Part shown: positions 27,827 to 37,515 of the stretch, in pieces
Position numbering within the stretch: position 1 is the stretch's first letter
How the letters are laid out: every line of letters begins with the position of its first letter
NCBI GenBank assembly: GCA_018242665.1
Contig: JAFEBL010000024.1
Location: 7,299-71,298 of the forward strand
DNA: 64,000 nucleotides
Source of the DNA: Nitrospira sp.
GTDB lineage: Bacteria > Nitrospirota > Nitrospiria > Nitrospirales > Nitrospiraceae
Reading direction: 5' to 3'
Translations under genes and position numbers: made by a program
Notes under the pieces: model-generated
Databases searched by the model: none
What the model saw: only the letters and a program-made list of their open reading frames with translations
Told to the model about the DNA's origin: nothing

Positions 27827-30151
27827 GTGACCAAGTCGGGAGGCAGGCGGTGGCTGTCACTATTCATTCTCGCACTCGTGGTGCTGCCCACGATCGGCCT
27901 GAGCGATCTGGTGTTCGCGCAGGACGGCGCGCCACTGGTGACGTCGATCGCGATTCGCGGGCAGAAACGCATTGAATTGCAGGCGATCGAGGGCCGCCTC
28001 ACGCTCAAGGCCAACGACCGGTTCACCCCCGACGCGCTCCGTGAGCAGGTGAAGATCCTCTATGGGACCGGCTATTTCGAAGACGTGCAGGTCGAGACGG
28101 AACCGGTGGCGGGCGGGATGTCCGTCGGATTCATTGTCAGAGAGAAACCGTTCATTACCGAAATCGTGTTCGACGGGAACCAAGAACTCAGCGACGACAA
28201 ACTCAAAGAAAAGATTACGATTAAGAGCCAGACGTTTCTGGATCAGCAACAGGCCAAAGAGAGCGCGGAGAAAGTTCGGCTCGCCTATCAGGAAGACGGC
28301 TTTTACAACTGCCAGGTGATCCCCGTGATTCAGGCGGTGGATGAAGACCGCAAGCGGTTGACCTATTTCATCAAGGAAGGGACCAAGGCCAAGGTCCGGC
28401 AGATTCGTTTCGACGGCATGCGGGCCGTGACCAAGGAAGAAGTGTTCAAAGTAACGGCCACCCGGGAATGGATTCCCTGGTACGGCCTCATCACGCAGTT
28501 GAAGATTCCCTCGCTGCTCTCCGATGCCGGCGTGTTGAAGCGCGAAGAACTCGGCAACGATATCGAGCGCATCCGCGAGGTCTATCTGAACAAGGGCTAT
28601 CTCAACGTGCAGATCAGCCAGCCGACGCTGGAATTGAGCGACGACAAGAAGTGGTTCGATCTCAGCTACTCCGTCGTCGAAGGCGAGCCTTTTACGGTGA
28701 AGGAGGTCGGCTTTCGCGGAAATGCCGTCTTTGAGGATCATGAGCTGCGGGAAGGGCTCGGCATTCGTCCCGGTGAAATCTTCCAGCGAGCGAAGATCCG
28801 CGGCGAAATTACCCGGATCACCGATCTCTACGGCGCCAAGGGCTATGTCTTTGCCGATGTCGTGCCCAACGTGACGCCGGACAATGCCGCGCACACCGCC
28901 ACCATCACCCTCAACGTCAAAGAGGGGGAGATGATGCGGATCCGGGAAATTCACGTCACCGGCAACGACAAGACGCGCGACAATGTGGTGCGCCGGGAAT
29001 TGCGTCTGGACGAACAGGACGTCATTGATACGTTGGCTCTCAAACGCAGTTTTCAACGGCTGAACAATCTGAATTTTTTCGAAACGGTGGAAATTCTGCC
29101 GCAGCAGGTCGATGTCGATAAGGTCGATCTCAACGTGAAGGTGAAAGAAAAGCCGACCGGCCAGTTCAGCATCGGCGGCGGATTCAGCACGTTGGACAAA
29201 CTGGTGGCGATCGCCGATATCACCGAAGGTAATCTCGGCGGGAACGGCTGGCTGGGCCGCATCCGCGGGCAGTTGGGACAACGGCGGTCATTGGGACTCG
29301 TCACGTTCAGAAACCCCTACGTCAACGATTCCTACAATGCCCTGCAGTTGGACATCTACCGATCGATGACCAACTATATTTCCTACTTTGAATCGAAGTC
29401 GGGTCTCAGCGCGACGTGGAGCCGGTGGTTGTCGGAATACGTCAACGGGAGCATCAGCGTGTTTGGCGAGCAACTCCGTTACAGTGATCCGCAGGATGGG
29501 TTGTGCCCGGATTTGATTCCGCTCATCTGTCGCCAGCTCGGCACGCAATCCTCGACCGGATTTCGCACCGCCATTTCGCGAGATACGCGCGACTACTACC
29601 TGGATCCTCGCAGCGGATGGCGCATGCAGATCGGCGCCGACTACGGTACGCCCGCCATGGGCGGCACGAACCATTTTTATAAGCTCTTTGTGGATGTGAT
29701 CAAATACACGCCGCTCGTGTATGACACCCGTTTTTCGATCCGCGCGCGGTACGGACAGACCGAGGGAATCGGGGGCCGGCCCATTCCCCTGACCGAACGG
29801 TTCTTCGTGGGAGGCATCAACACGATGCGTGGATTTGTGTTCGGACGTGCGGGTCCTGTGACGCCGTCCGGCTCATTGCTGGGTTCCGCGAAGGAGCTGA
29901 TCTTCAACAACGACTTTATCTTCACCATTTCGTCGGAAGCAAAGTTGAACGGCGTGTTCTTCTTCGATTATGGAAATGGGTTCGACGACAACGAGCCGGT
30001 GCGGTTTGACAAGTTGCGCAGTACGGCCGGTTTTGAGGCCCGGTGGATTTCACCGTTCGGTCCCTTGCGGGCCGCGTACGGTATCAATCTTCATCCACGC
30101 CCGAACGAGCGGATGGGGGTCTTCGAGTTCACCATCGGATCATTGTTCTGA
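27827..30151 (+). CDS. bamA: Outer membrane protein assembly factor BamA (Omp85)
   Basis: Signal peptide, repeated POTRA-like segments, C-terminal beta-barrel ending in aromatic ...FEFTIGSLF. RFFVGGINTMRGF motif present. Confidence 0.93.
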   Translation: MTKSGGRRWLSLFILALVVLPTIGLSDLVFAQDGAPLVTSIAIRGQKRIELQAIEGRLTLKANDRFTPDALREQVKILYGTGYFEDVQVETEPVAGGMSVGFIVREKPFITEIVFDGNQELSDDKLKEKITIKSQTFLDQQQAKESAEKVRLAYQEDGFYNCQVIPVIQAVDEDRKRLTYFIKEGTKAKVRQIRFDGMRAVTKEEVFKVTATREWIPWYGLITQLKIPSLLSDAGVLKREELGNDIERIREVYLNKGYLNVQISQPTLELSDDKKWFDLSYSVVEGEPFTVKEVGFRGNAVFEDHELREGLGIRPGEIFQRAKIRGEITRITDLYGAKGYVFADVVPNVTPDNAAHTATITLNVKEGEMMRIREIHVTGNDKTRDNVVRRELRLDEQDVIDTLALKRSFQRLNNLNFFETVEILPQQVDVDKVDLNVKVKEKPTGQFSIGGGFSTLDKLVAIADITEGNLGGNGWLGRIRGQLGQRRSLGLVTFRNPYVNDSYNALQLDIYRSMTNYISYFESKSGLSATWSRWLSEYVNGSISVFGEQLRYSDPQDGLCPDLIPLICRQLGTQSSTGFRTAISRDTRDYYLDPRSGWRMQIGADYGTPAMGGTNHFYKLFVDVIKYTPLVYDTRFSIRARYGQTEGIGGRPIPLTERFFVGGINTMRGFVFGRAGPVTPSGSLLGSAKELIFNNDFIFTISSEAKLNGVFFFDYGNGFDDNEPVRFDKLRSTAGFEARWISPFGPLRAAYGINLHPRPNERMGVFEFTIGSLF

Positions 30152-30194
30152 GACGGTGCTGGTCCGTTGGGATGTGAGAAAGGACGCACGGGAC

Positions 30195-30770
30195 ATGGGG
30201 ACATCACAAGACCGAACGAGGGAGAAGGACGTCCTGCAAGCCGGCGTGTGTCTGGTACTGTTGACCATTGCGCTCGTGGTCGGCGGGTGCCGTTCTGGTC
30301 AGTCCGCCGGCCCGGCGGTCACGCGGATCGGCGTGGTGGATCCCCAACGTATTCTGGGCGAGACGAATGCCGGGAAGCGGGCCAAAGATATGCTGGGGTC
30401 ATTTGCGAAAAACAGGCAGGCCTTGATCGAGCTGGAAGAAAAAGAACTGCGCCGGATGGAAGAAGACTTCGTGAAGCAAGGCAGCGTGCTCAGCGCGACG
30501 GCCAAGCGTGAACGGGAAGAGCAGTTCCGCCGGCGGATGGCGGAATATCAGCAGAAAGTCACCGACCTGAATCGTGAAGTGCAGGACAAGCAAAAGGAAG
30601 TGCTCGATGGATTCCGAGACAAGATCGAAACGCTCTCCGGCAAGGTGGCGAAGCGGATGGATTTGCAGGCCATTTTTGACCGCGGCCGGGGCGGGCCGAC
30701 GATCTATTCCGAAGACGCGGTGGATGTGTCGTCGCAGGTGATTGAAGAGTTCAACAAAACGTATCCATGA
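30195..30770 (+). CDS. OmpH/Skp-like periplasmic chaperone, probable lipoprotein
   Basis: ORF 29970..30770 trimmed to ATG 30195. Lipobox-like LVVGGC, then a Lys/Glu/Arg-rich helical OmpH-type sequence (ELEEKELRRMEEDFVKQGSVLS). Confidence 0.75.
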   Translation: MGTSQDRTREKDVLQAGVCLVLLTIALVVGGCRSGQSAGPAVTRIGVVDPQRILGETNAGKRAKDMLGSFAKNRQALIELEEKELRRMEEDFVKQGSVLSATAKREREEQFRRRMAEYQQKVTDLNREVQDKQKEVLDGFRDKIETLSGKVAKRMDLQAIFDRGRGGPTIYSEDAVDVSSQVIEEFNKTYP

Positions 30771-31318
30771 AGAGGGATCGCATGAACGGACGCAATTGGA
30801 TCGTCGCCGGGGTCACGCAGGTACTGATGGTATGGGGCGCCTACTCGGCCCAGGCCGCGGACCACATCAAGGTAGCCATGATGGACCAGCAGCAGGTCAT
30901 CGAGCGCAGTGTGGCGGGGAAACGGGCGCTGGAAGAACTCAAGAGTTATTCCACCACGCGCCAGAAGATTATCGATACCGACGATCAGGAATTGAAGGAG
31001 TTGGAAAAAGGTATTCAGGACACAAGCCTTTCCGAGGACGCCCGCAAGGAAAAGCAGGAGCATTTCCGGGTGAAGCTGGAGGCGTACCAACGCCGGATCC
31101 AGGACTTCAATCGGGAAGTGCAGGAAAAGCAGCGGTCGATGGTGGCGGAGTACGCGCAAAAGATTCAGGCCGCCGCCTCGGCGGTGGCGCAAAAGGAAGG
31201 GTACACGGCCGTGATCGACAGGGGAAGCGAGACGACGGTCAAGATCGTGGTCTACAGTCATCCGTCGATCGATCTGACGGAACAGATCATCAAGGAATTC
31301 GACCGGCAGAATAAGTAA
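30767..31318 (+). CDS. skp: OmpH/Skp periplasmic chaperone
   Basis: ATGA overlap with the previous gene. Signal peptide ...AYSAQAADHIK and OmpH-type helical repeats (LKELEKGIQDTSLSEDARKEKQEHF). Confidence 0.8.
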   Translation: MKRDRMNGRNWIVAGVTQVLMVWGAYSAQAADHIKVAMMDQQQVIERSVAGKRALEELKSYSTTRQKIIDTDDQELKELEKGIQDTSLSEDARKEKQEHFRVKLEAYQRRIQDFNREVQEKQRSMVAEYAQKIQAAASAVAQKEGYTAVIDRGSETTVKIVVYSHPSIDLTEQIIKEFDRQNK

Positions 31319-31360
31319 CAGGCCGGCGTCATCGTTCATGCAAGACAGGAGGCGGGGCTG

Positions 31361-31819
31361 ATGTCAGTGATGGACAACGTGGAGATTCAATCGATCCTTC
31401 CCCACCGGTATCCGTTTTTGCTCGTCGATCGTATCCGCGAGCTCGATCCGGATCGCCGTATCGTGGGGATCAAAAACGTCACGATCAACGAGCCGTTTTT
31501 TCAAGGACATTTCCCTGGACGTCCGGTCATGCCGGGCGTGCTGATCCTCGAAGCGTTGGCCCAAGTGGGCGGCGTGTTGGCCTTCAAATCGCTCGGCTCC
31601 GTGGGCCGTCCGGTGGTCTATCTGACCGGCATTGACGCCGCCAAATTCCGGAAGCCGGTGGTGCCGGGCGATATTCTCCGCCTGGAGGTGGATGTCCTGA
31701 AAAAGCGCGCGCCCTTCTGGAAAATGCAGGGCAAGGCGTTTGTGGACACTGAACTGGTCTGTGAAGCGGAAGTCACGGCGATGGTCACGGATGAAAAGCC
31801 GCCCGCCGGCGCGCCATAG
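31361..31819 (+). CDS. fabZ: 3-hydroxyacyl-ACP dehydratase FabZ
   Basis: ILPHRYPFLLVDR, NEPFFQGHFP and PVMPGVLILEALAQ are diagnostic FabZ motifs. Confidence 0.95.
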   Translation: MSVMDNVEIQSILPHRYPFLLVDRIRELDPDRRIVGIKNVTINEPFFQGHFPGRPVMPGVLILEALAQVGGVLAFKSLGSVGRPVVYLTGIDAAKFRKPVVPGDILRLEVDVLKKRAPFWKMQGKAFVDTELVCEAEVTAMVTDEKPPAGAP

Positions 31820-31884
31820 GCGACCAAGGCGGAACGCGGCATCCTTGAATTGAACAGGGGCGAGGGCGATGTGAGGAGGTGTGA

Positions 31885-32694
31885 GTGAAGATTCATCCGA
31901 CCGCGGTGGTCCATCCGAAAGCGGTGCTCGCAGATGATGTGGAAGTCGGGGCGTATTCCGTCGTCGGAGAGCACGTCACGATCGGCGCCGGCACGAAAGT
32001 GTTGTCGCACGTAGCAATTGATGGCTGGACCGAAATCGGCGAACGGTGTGAGCTGCATCCCTTCGTGTCGGTGGGAGGGCCGCCGCAGCACATGCAGTAT
32101 AAAGGCGAGCCGACCAGGGTCGTCATCGGTCATGACAATATCTTGCGGGAATATGTGACGGTCAATCGAGCGACCGTGCAGGGCGGCGGTGTGACCTCCG
32201 TCGGGAACGCCAATTTTCTCATGGCCTACGTGCATGTCGCCCACGACTGCCATTTGGGCAACCATCTCATCTTGGCGAACGCCGCCAGCCTGGCGGGTCA
32301 TATCACGATCGGTGATCATGCCATCATCGGCGGACTGTCGGGTATTCATCAATTCGTGCGGATCGGCGCGTACGCCATGGTTGGAGGTTGCTGTGCGCTG
32401 GGGCAAGACCTTCCGCCGTTCATGCGTGCAGCCGGAGGGTACCGGGCCCGCATGTACGGACTGAATTCCATCGGCCTGCGCCGGCACGGCTTCTCCGCCG
32501 AACGTATTGCCGCGTTGAAGCATGCATACGAGCTGCTCTTCCGGTCTGGCCATCGCGTCTCGGAGGCCGTCAAGCTGGCGCGAGAGCAGTTCAGCGCGAG
32601 CCAGGATGTGCTACAGGTCGCGGAGTTCATGCAGGGCAGTAAGCGTGGCATCTGTCGGTCAGTGGGAAAAGGTCAGGAAGACGAAGAGGAATAG
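31885..32694 (+). CDS. lpxA: Acyl-ACP:UDP-GlcNAc O-acyltransferase LpxA
   Basis: GTG start. IHPTAVVHPKAVL plus hexapeptide repeats and a C-terminal helical domain (GLNSIGLRRHGFS). Canonical position after fabZ. Confidence 0.92.
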   Translation: MKIHPTAVVHPKAVLADDVEVGAYSVVGEHVTIGAGTKVLSHVAIDGWTEIGERCELHPFVSVGGPPQHMQYKGEPTRVVIGHDNILREYVTVNRATVQGGGVTSVGNANFLMAYVHVAHDCHLGNHLILANAASLAGHITIGDHAIIGGLSGIHQFVRIGAYAMVGGCCALGQDLPPFMRAAGGYRARMYGLNSIGLRRHGFSAERIAALKHAYELLFRSGHRVSEAVKLAREQFSASQDVLQVAEFMQGSKRGICRSVGKGQEDEEE

Positions 32695-32698
32695 TCTG

Positions 32699-33541
32699 GT
32701 GGGCGAGCAGGTGCATGCACAGAAGATGGCTTCCCAAGGCGGGCGGATCGGGCTCATTGCCGGCAACGGCCGGTTTCCGATCATTTTCGCCGACAATGCC
32801 AGGCGGCTTGGATACGTGGTGTGTGCGGTCGCCCATGAAGGGGAGACCGATCCCGAACTGGCCCGGCATGTCGATCGCATTCACTGGATCAAGATCGGGC
32901 AATTCAACAAATTGATCGAGTCGCTCAAAGGCGACGGCGTGCAACAGGCCGTCATGCTGGGAGGGATCAAGAAGACCCACGTGTTCTCGACGGTACGGCC
33001 GGACTTTCGCGCCCTGGCGCTGGCGGCCAAACTGATCCATCTGAAGGACGACGATATTCTGCGCCGGGTTGCGGAAGAAATCGAACAAGAGGGCATCCAG
33101 ATCTGCGAATCCACATTCGGCCTGCAGGGCATTCTCGTCGAAGCGGGAACCTTGACGCGACGTGAGCCGAGCAAGAAGGAATGGGCCGATATTCAGTACG
33201 GCTGGGACGTGGGCAAACAGATCGGGGCCTTGGACATCGGTCAATGCGTGGTGGTGAAAGACGGGGTCATCGTCGCGGTGGAGGCGGTGGAGGGCACCGA
33301 CGGGGCGATCCGCAGGGGCGGAGAATTGGCGCACGGCGGCGCGGTGGTCGTCAAGCGGTGCAAGCCGCAGCAGGATCTCCGGTTCGATCTGCCCGCCGTC
33401 GGTCCGCGGACTATTGAAGTGATGGAAAGTGTGAAAGCCTCGGTGTTGGCCCTGGAAGCGGGGCGCGGCATTCTTCTCGATCGCGACGACACGATCGCGA
33501 AGGCGAACCGTGCCGGGATCGCGATCGTCGGGCTGACATGA
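32699..33541 (+). CDS. lpxI: UDP-2,3-diacylglucosamine pyrophosphatase LpxI (DUF1009)
   Basis: GRIGLIAGNGRFP, LDIGQCVVVKDGVIVAVEAVEGTD and RFDLPAVG resemble Caulobacter-type LpxI. GTG 32699 has an SD-like GAGGAA upstream; ATG 32726 is the alternative start. Confidence 0.82.
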   Translation: MGEQVHAQKMASQGGRIGLIAGNGRFPIIFADNARRLGYVVCAVAHEGETDPELARHVDRIHWIKIGQFNKLIESLKGDGVQQAVMLGGIKKTHVFSTVRPDFRALALAAKLIHLKDDDILRRVAEEIEQEGIQICESTFGLQGILVEAGTLTRREPSKKEWADIQYGWDVGKQIGALDIGQCVVVKDGVIVAVEAVEGTDGAIRRGGELAHGGAVVVKRCKPQQDLRFDLPAVGPRTIEVMESVKASVLALEAGRGILLDRDDTIAKANRAGIAIVGLT

Positions 33542-33581
33542 ATCTGTGTGTGGCCAGGTCGGCAGTTAGCGTCGACGGACG

Positions 33582-34583
33582 GTGGGAGCTTCGATGACCT
33601 CACTTCGGGCAGGGGTGATCGGTGTCGGCCATCTCGGGCAGCACCACGCCCGGCATTATGCGACGTTACCCGGCGTCACATTGGTTGGCGTGTGTGACGC
33701 GTCGGCCGATCGGGCCAAGCTCATCGCCGATCGTCATGGTGTGCAGGCATGGACGAACCTGCCTGAGCTGTTGGCGCAGGTGGATCTGGTCAGCGTGGCT
33801 GCGCCGACCTCCGCGCACTTTGCCGCGGCGAAGGCCTGTCTGGACGCGGGAAAACATGTGCTCGTGGAAAAACCGATTGCCGTGACCTCGGCAGAGGCAC
33901 GTGAGCTGGTCGAGTTGGCGGCCCGCCGTGGGTGCCTGTTGCAGGTCGGGCACAGTGAACGCTTCAACCCAATCATGCAGCGTATGCGCCCCCAGATCGA
34001 ACGCCCGGCCTTCATCGAGGGACACCGCCTCAGCGCGTTCGGTGAACGGGGAACCGATGTCGATGTCGTGCTGGATCTCATGATCCATGACCTCGATTTG
34101 GTCCTGTCGTTCAACCCCGGGCCGGTGGAGGAAGTCCGAGCCGCCGGTGTCCCCGTGTTGTCGCCAAACATCGATATCGCCAATGCCCGCATTGCCTTTG
34201 CGAGCGGATGTGTCGCCAACCTGACGGCCAGTCGCGTGTCGACGAATAAGATGCGCCGCCTGCGGTTCTTTCAGCGGGATCGATATGTCTCCATCGATTT
34301 TCAAACGCGACAGGCGATGATGTCCCGGCGTGTGCCGGGGAGCGGACCGCGACCGACCATCGATGTCGAAACCTTTCAAGCGGGCGACGACGAGCCGTTG
34401 CGCCTTGAGTTGGAGTCATTTGTGCAAGCCGTCGCGACGGGGACGCGCCCCGTGGTGTCAGGGGAAGACGGTGAAGCGGCGCTGAATCTGGCGGCGCGGG
34501 TGCTGGACGCCATCGGCCAATTCACGCAGCGTCACTCCATCGATGATGCCACGGCAGCAACCTTTGGTCACAATCCTGTCTAG
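33582..34583 (+). CDS. Gfo/Idh/MocA family NAD(P)-dependent oxidoreductase (GnnA-like candidate)
   Basis: Rossmann N-terminus GVIGVGHLGQHH and EKP motif (VLVEKPIA). Embedded between lpxI and lpxB. Confidence 0.8.
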   Translation: MGASMTSLRAGVIGVGHLGQHHARHYATLPGVTLVGVCDASADRAKLIADRHGVQAWTNLPELLAQVDLVSVAAPTSAHFAAAKACLDAGKHVLVEKPIAVTSAEARELVELAARRGCLLQVGHSERFNPIMQRMRPQIERPAFIEGHRLSAFGERGTDVDVVLDLMIHDLDLVLSFNPGPVEEVRAAGVPVLSPNIDIANARIAFASGCVANLTASRVSTNKMRRLRFFQRDRYVSIDFQTRQAMMSRRVPGSGPRPTIDVETFQAGDDEPLRLELESFVQAVATGTRPVVSGEDGEAALNLAARVLDAIGQFTQRHSIDDATAATFGHNPV

Positions 34584-34621
34584 AGAGGCCAGTCTTTGTC
34601 CGTCCGCATGAGCACAACCAC

Positions 34622-35755
34622 ATGCCGCGCATTCTAATCGTGACCGGCGAGGCCTCCGGGGACCTCCATGGGGCCCATCTGGTCAAGGCGTTGAAGACAC
34701 TGTCGCCTGACCTCCAGATCGTGGGTATCGGCGGGGCGTCGATGCGTGAGGCTGGAGCTGAAGTGGTCAAAGACATTCCTCAGTTGGATGTGATGGGGCT
34801 GATCGGCCTCTCCGCCGTGAAGGCCATGCTGCAACGGATTGCGCGCATCCGAGCCTTGATCAAGGGCGAACGCTGGGACGTGGTTGTGCTGATCGACAAT
34901 CCCGGGCTCAATTTTCATTTCGCACGCGTGGCCAAGGCGAGTGGCCTGAAGGTGTTGTATTACATCGCGCCACAAGTCTGGGCCTGGCGCCGAGGCCGGA
35001 TGCGCTGGATTCAACAGCGGGTGGATCATGTCGTGGCGATTCTGCCGTTCGAAGAGGCGCTCTACAAGCAGGCCGGTGTCCGGTGCACCTTCGTCGGCAA
35101 TCCGCTTCTGGACGAAGTGGCACCCTCCTACGATAAGGCGGCGCTGCGCCGTCAGTTCGGGTTGACGGACCAGGGGCCGGTGATCGGCCTGTTCCCAGGC
35201 AGCCGCAAGGCCGAGTTGTTGGAACATGTGCCGTTGCTGCTCGAGACGGTGAAACGTCTCTCGGAACACCATCCGGCGATGCAGTTCATCTTGGCGCAAG
35301 CCTCCTCCGTGCACGATCAGTTTCTTGCGGACCTCCTGAAGAGCAGTCCGGTTCCCATCAAGGTCTTTCGCAATCTGGCCAGTGAAGTGATGGCGGCGTC
35401 CGACCTTCTCGTCGTCAAGTCGGGAACATCTACTCTGCAGGCGGCGGTGGTGGGCACGCCGATGATTTTGTTTTATCGGGCTCCCTCCTGGGTCACGTAT
35501 CGATTGGCGCGGTTATTGATTCGAGTGCCCTGGATCGGCCTGGCGAATCTGGTCGCCGGTCGAGGCATCGTACCAGAGTTGATCCATGACGAGGCCACGC
35601 CGGAACGGCTCGCGCATGAAACCCTGCGCCTGCTGACGGACCAACGTGCCTATGACGACATGAAGGCGGCGCTCCGGTCCGTGCGCGAGGCGCTCGGCAC
35701 GCCGGGCGCTTCCCGCCGGGCGGCGGAGACGGTGTTGGCGGAGTGCCGGTTATGA
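34622..35755 (+). CDS. lpxB: Lipid-A-disaccharide synthase LpxB
   Basis: ILIVTGEASGDLHGAHL, YYIAPQVWAWR, SGTSTLQAA and NLVAGR are LpxB motifs. Confidence 0.93.
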   Translation: MPRILIVTGEASGDLHGAHLVKALKTLSPDLQIVGIGGASMREAGAEVVKDIPQLDVMGLIGLSAVKAMLQRIARIRALIKGERWDVVVLIDNPGLNFHFARVAKASGLKVLYYIAPQVWAWRRGRMRWIQQRVDHVVAILPFEEALYKQAGVRCTFVGNPLLDEVAPSYDKAALRRQFGLTDQGPVIGLFPGSRKAELLEHVPLLLETVKRLSEHHPAMQFILAQASSVHDQFLADLLKSSPVPIKVFRNLASEVMAASDLLVVKSGTSTLQAAVVGTPMILFYRAPSWVTYRLARLLIRVPWIGLANLVAGRGIVPELIHDEATPERLAHETLRLLTDQRAYDDMKAALRSVREALGTPGASRRAAETVLAECRL

Positions 35756-37488
35756 AGCAGTACCTGCGCCTCCTGAGCTATCTGAATCCCTATCGCTTCC
35801 GGCTGGCCGCTGCGTTTGCCTGCGCCCTGCTCGTCGCCGGCTTGTCCGCCGCCTATGCCTGGCTGGTGCGGCCGGTGTTGGATGGGCTCTTCATCAGTAA
35901 AGACGAAAGTCTATTGTTGGTGTTGCCGGTTGCCATCCTGCTGGTGGCAGTACTCAAGGGCGTGTTCAACTACGGGCAGAACTATCTGATGAACTATGTC
36001 GGCAATCAGGTGATCGGCGACATCAGGGAGCAGCTCTTCTCGAAACTGGTCCGGCTGCCCGTCCGGTTTCACGATACGAATACGTCCGGCCGCCTGGTGT
36101 CGCGGGTCATCAACGATGTGAATCAGATGGCGAATGCGGTGGCCGGTGTCCTGAAAGATTTGTTTCAGCAGGGACTGACTTTCCTCGCGATGATCGGGGT
36201 CATCATCTATCAGAACTGGAAGTTGGCGATGGTCTCGATGATCGTCGTGCCCCTGTCGGTGGTGACGATGGCGCGGATGGGCAAGAAGTTGAGAGGCCTC
36301 GCGACGCGCGGGCAGGAACGTATGGGAGACATGGCCTCGACGCTCCAGGAAACCCTGGCCGGGATTCGCATGGTCAAATCCTTCGGCCGCGAGGAAGAGG
36401 AGGCCAAGCGGTTCCGCCAGAGCAACGATGCATTCATCCATACCACGATGAAGGCGATTCAGGTGTCCTCGCTGGGATCTTCCCATATGGAAGTCATCGG
36501 TGTGTTGGGGGTAGCGGGCATCATCTGGTACGGCGGCTACCTGGTGATTCACGACGAGATGACGCCCGGCGCGTTTTTCTCCTTCCTCGCCGCGATGTTC
36601 ATGGCCTACACGCCGATCCGCCGCTTGTCGGGGGCGAACAACACTGTGCAGCAGGCGCTGGCGGCGGCTGAACGCGTCTTCGAGGTCTTGGACCTTCCCA
36701 CGGAACAGCAAGCCAATGGCGGGCAAACCGTCCTCCCGTCGATTTCCCGCTCGCTCGAATTCCGGCAAGTCGCGTTTCGGTATGACGGGCAGGCGGACAC
36801 CGCCTTAACCGGGATCGACTTGGCGATTCGCGCAGGCGAGATCATCGCCTTCGTGGGTAGCAGCGGGAGTGGCAAGACCACGTTAGTGAGCCTATTACCG
36901 AGATTCTACGAGCCGAGCGGCGGGCAAATTCTGATCGACGGCGTGGATGTCCGTACCTGCACCCTGCAGTCCGTCCGCGCGCAAATCGGCATCGTGTCCC
37001 AGGAAGTGGTGCTGTTCGACGACACGGTGCGGAACAATATCGCCTATGGCAGGCAGGGCGCGACAGCGGATGATGTGAAGCGTGCCGCACAACTGGCCTA
37101 TGCGCATGACTTCGTCGATCGCCTGCCGGACGGCTACGAGACGCTGATTGGTGAGCGCGGCCTCAAATTGTCCGGGGGGGAGCGGCAACGGTTGGCGATT
37201 GCCCGGGCGATTCTGCGCGACCCGCCGATTTTGATCCTTGATGAGGCCACCTCCGCCCTCGATACCCAGTCGGAGCGTATCGTGCAGATGGCCCTGGCGA
37301 ATTTGATGAAGAACCGGACGACCCTGGTCGTGGCCCATCGGCTTTCGACGATTCAAAATGCCGACCGCATCGTCGTACTGGATCATGGTACGGTGGCCGA
37401 GGTCGGCACCCATGAAGAATTATTGCGCAAAGGCGGATTGTACAAACGTCTGCATGCGATGCAGTTTGCCGACGCGCTTCCGCAGTGA
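35752..37488 (+). CDS. msbA: Lipid A export ABC transporter MsbA (fused permease/ATPase)
   Basis: ATGA overlap with the lpxB stop (the ORF track starts at GTG 35743). Six-TM ABC exporter domain, Walker A GSSGSGKTT, signature LSGGERQR, Walker B ILILDEATSALD. Confidence 0.88.
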   Translation: MKQYLRLLSYLNPYRFRLAAAFACALLVAGLSAAYAWLVRPVLDGLFISKDESLLLVLPVAILLVAVLKGVFNYGQNYLMNYVGNQVIGDIREQLFSKLVRLPVRFHDTNTSGRLVSRVINDVNQMANAVAGVLKDLFQQGLTFLAMIGVIIYQNWKLAMVSMIVVPLSVVTMARMGKKLRGLATRGQERMGDMASTLQETLAGIRMVKSFGREEEEAKRFRQSNDAFIHTTMKAIQVSSLGSSHMEVIGVLGVAGIIWYGGYLVIHDEMTPGAFFSFLAAMFMAYTPIRRLSGANNTVQQALAAAERVFEVLDLPTEQQANGGQTVLPSISRSLEFRQVAFRYDGQADTALTGIDLAIRAGEIIAFVGSSGSGKTTLVSLLPRFYEPSGGQILIDGVDVRTCTLQSVRAQIGIVSQEVVLFDDTVRNNIAYGRQGATADDVKRAAQLAYAHDFVDRLPDGYETLIGERGLKLSGGERQRLAIARAILRDPPILILDEATSALDTQSERIVQMALANLMKNRTTLVVAHRLSTIQNADRIVVLDHGTVAEVGTHEELLRKGGLYKRLHAMQFADALPQ

Positions 37489-37515
37489 CCGGATCGTGGA
37501 AGGGAAAGACCAGCT

